A program made the translations under genes and the position numbers. A stretch of DNA of 64,000 nucleotides from contig JBHGNT010000012.1 in NCBI GenBank assembly GCA_043228905.1, positions 2,914,001-2,978,000 of the forward strand, given 5' to 3'. Shown here in pieces: positions 63,201 through 64,000 of the stretch. Origin of the DNA: Azolla caroliniana. Lineage: Eukaryota; Plantae; Polypodiophyta. Within the stretch, counting starts at the first letter, position 1. Every line of letters starts with the position of its first letter. The notes beneath the pieces are model-generated. The model was not told the origin of the DNA and searched no databases. It was given only the letters and a program-made list of their open reading frames with translations.

Positions 63201-63666
63201 GAAAACATAATGTTCCCATGGTTCCACCTCCAAGAGTCATATTTGATACACCAGTTGTATCAAATATTTGATAGTTTAACATTTTAATGACATATTAATT
63301 CCAAGAGTCATATTTGAGAGTTTAACAACATATATACATATGAATTCTATTATTATCTTCAATGTTAGATACACCAGTTGTATCTGTTAATATTGAGTCT
63401 TGTTCTTGTGTTATGCAGTATCGCATGCATCCTGATATCTGTGAGTTTCCTTCAAGACATTTTTATGGCAATCAATTGCAAAATGGATTAACCGTGGAAG
63501 TTTCAAGAAAAGCAGCTTTTCATGGAAACAAATATTTGGGTCCATATGTTGTTTTTGATGTTGTTGATGGTCATGAAAGGGTGAAACATGGTTCTAATAC
63601 ACAGTCTCTGTGCAATGAAGCAGAAGTCAACGCAGCATTGGAAATATTTAAAAATTTGAAAGCCAG
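48208..63666 (+). CDS. Senataxin/SEN1-like SF1 (Upf1-like) helicase, At1g16800-like; 3' end beyond the window
   Basis: Exons read by eye: 48208-48350, 50381-50765, 51104-51220, 51312-51394, 51462-51656, 51782-51930, 52037-52167, 52261-52383, 52761-52834, 55069-55644, 55731-55842, 55923-56060, 56379-56684, 56771-57071, 57172-58529, 58617-59028, 59138-60039, 60125-60190, 60285-60410, 63419-63666. Motifs QGPPGTGKT, CAQSNAAVDEL, VIDEAAQ, GDPKQLPATV, SMFERL, QYRMHP; SEN1 N-terminal HCWC. Confidence 0.92.
49800..49932. repeat. CA/CATA-type simple repeat in helicase intron 1
   Basis: Directly visible (cacatacaca)n-like run. Confidence 0.9.
53300..53960 (-). mobile_element. RTEX-like LINE 3' remnant, antisense in a helicase intron
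   Basis: WLFDTLVTLALLQGEEIWG and TSSHQLEIEI fragments; similar to 60720-62100. Confidence 0.6.
56019..56178 (+). repeat. 85-bp tandem duplication covering an exon end and its 5' splice site
   Basis: gccacttgcgtgaatagtgggctactttatgcaacaaga at 56019 and 56104. Confidence 0.9.
60720..62120 (-). mobile_element. RTEX-like LINE RT remnants, antisense in a helicase intron
   Basis: RYADDIVLNCDTLERLLKHLNALILFCSDEGLSV (ORF 61231..61443); rearranged fragments. Confidence 0.7.
62121..62568. repeat. 75-bp minisatellite, 6 identical copies, intronic
   Basis: Unit aggctgaggtgaggtcagttatgagctaggttgcatctcattagacattttccatgctcttttaaactggtgtca at 62121, 62196, 62271, 62346, 62421 and 62496. Confidence 0.95.
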
Positions 63667-64000
63667 GTATGTAAAGAATTTAAGCAGTCATAGTTTGAAT
63701 GATTGTATTTCTTATGATGAGCTATCTTATGAAATGGAGATCATATAATGATGTGTGTTATTCTCTTGTTTGTTTTTTGTTAGACTTATAGGGAATAGAG
63801 TTTTATATGTGGAGATTTTATTTGTGCATTTATAAATTATAGAATACATATATCACTTATCATTGTTGTAGGAGTAATTTGGCCTTCTGCATGTTTTGAG
63901 CAACATATTCTATCTTGTGTCTTGAGTTTTCAGCTGTCTTTCATGCTTGGCCAGTCTACCTTGATCTAGTGAAAAAGCTCTGAGAATGGGAGACATATGT

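Overview
Eukaryotic DNA from a land plant; the TE families and intron style suggest a non-seed plant such as a fern (inference). Bases 1-39 kb are a nested retrotransposon block whose boundaries were read by eye from LTR termini, PBS/PPT and TSDs. An old minus-strand Copia (E, ~4165-39087) holds a fungal-type (Ylt1-like) Ty3/gypsy (A, 4647-13084) that itself carries a solo LTR. E also holds a LINE split by a large Athila/Tat-related gypsy (B, 14532-38077, TSD GTCTC). B holds a Tnt1-like Copia (C), which holds a gypsy 3' half (D). All TE ORFs are decayed. Bases 44.6-64 kb hold two divergent host genes: an intronless A1-family aspartic protease (minus strand) and a senataxin/SEN1-type SF1 helicase (plus strand, at least 20 exons, running off the window). 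Element B is the most unusual structure. It has four Zn-knuckle-like motifs in Gag, a second retropepsin domain fused after integrase, an array of 33-bp hairpin repeats, and a consensus splice acceptor in front of a long extra (env-position) ORF. Element A keeps a clear -1 frameshift signal between protease and RT and a tRNA-Trp PBS. No database searches were run; family names rest on motif recognition.
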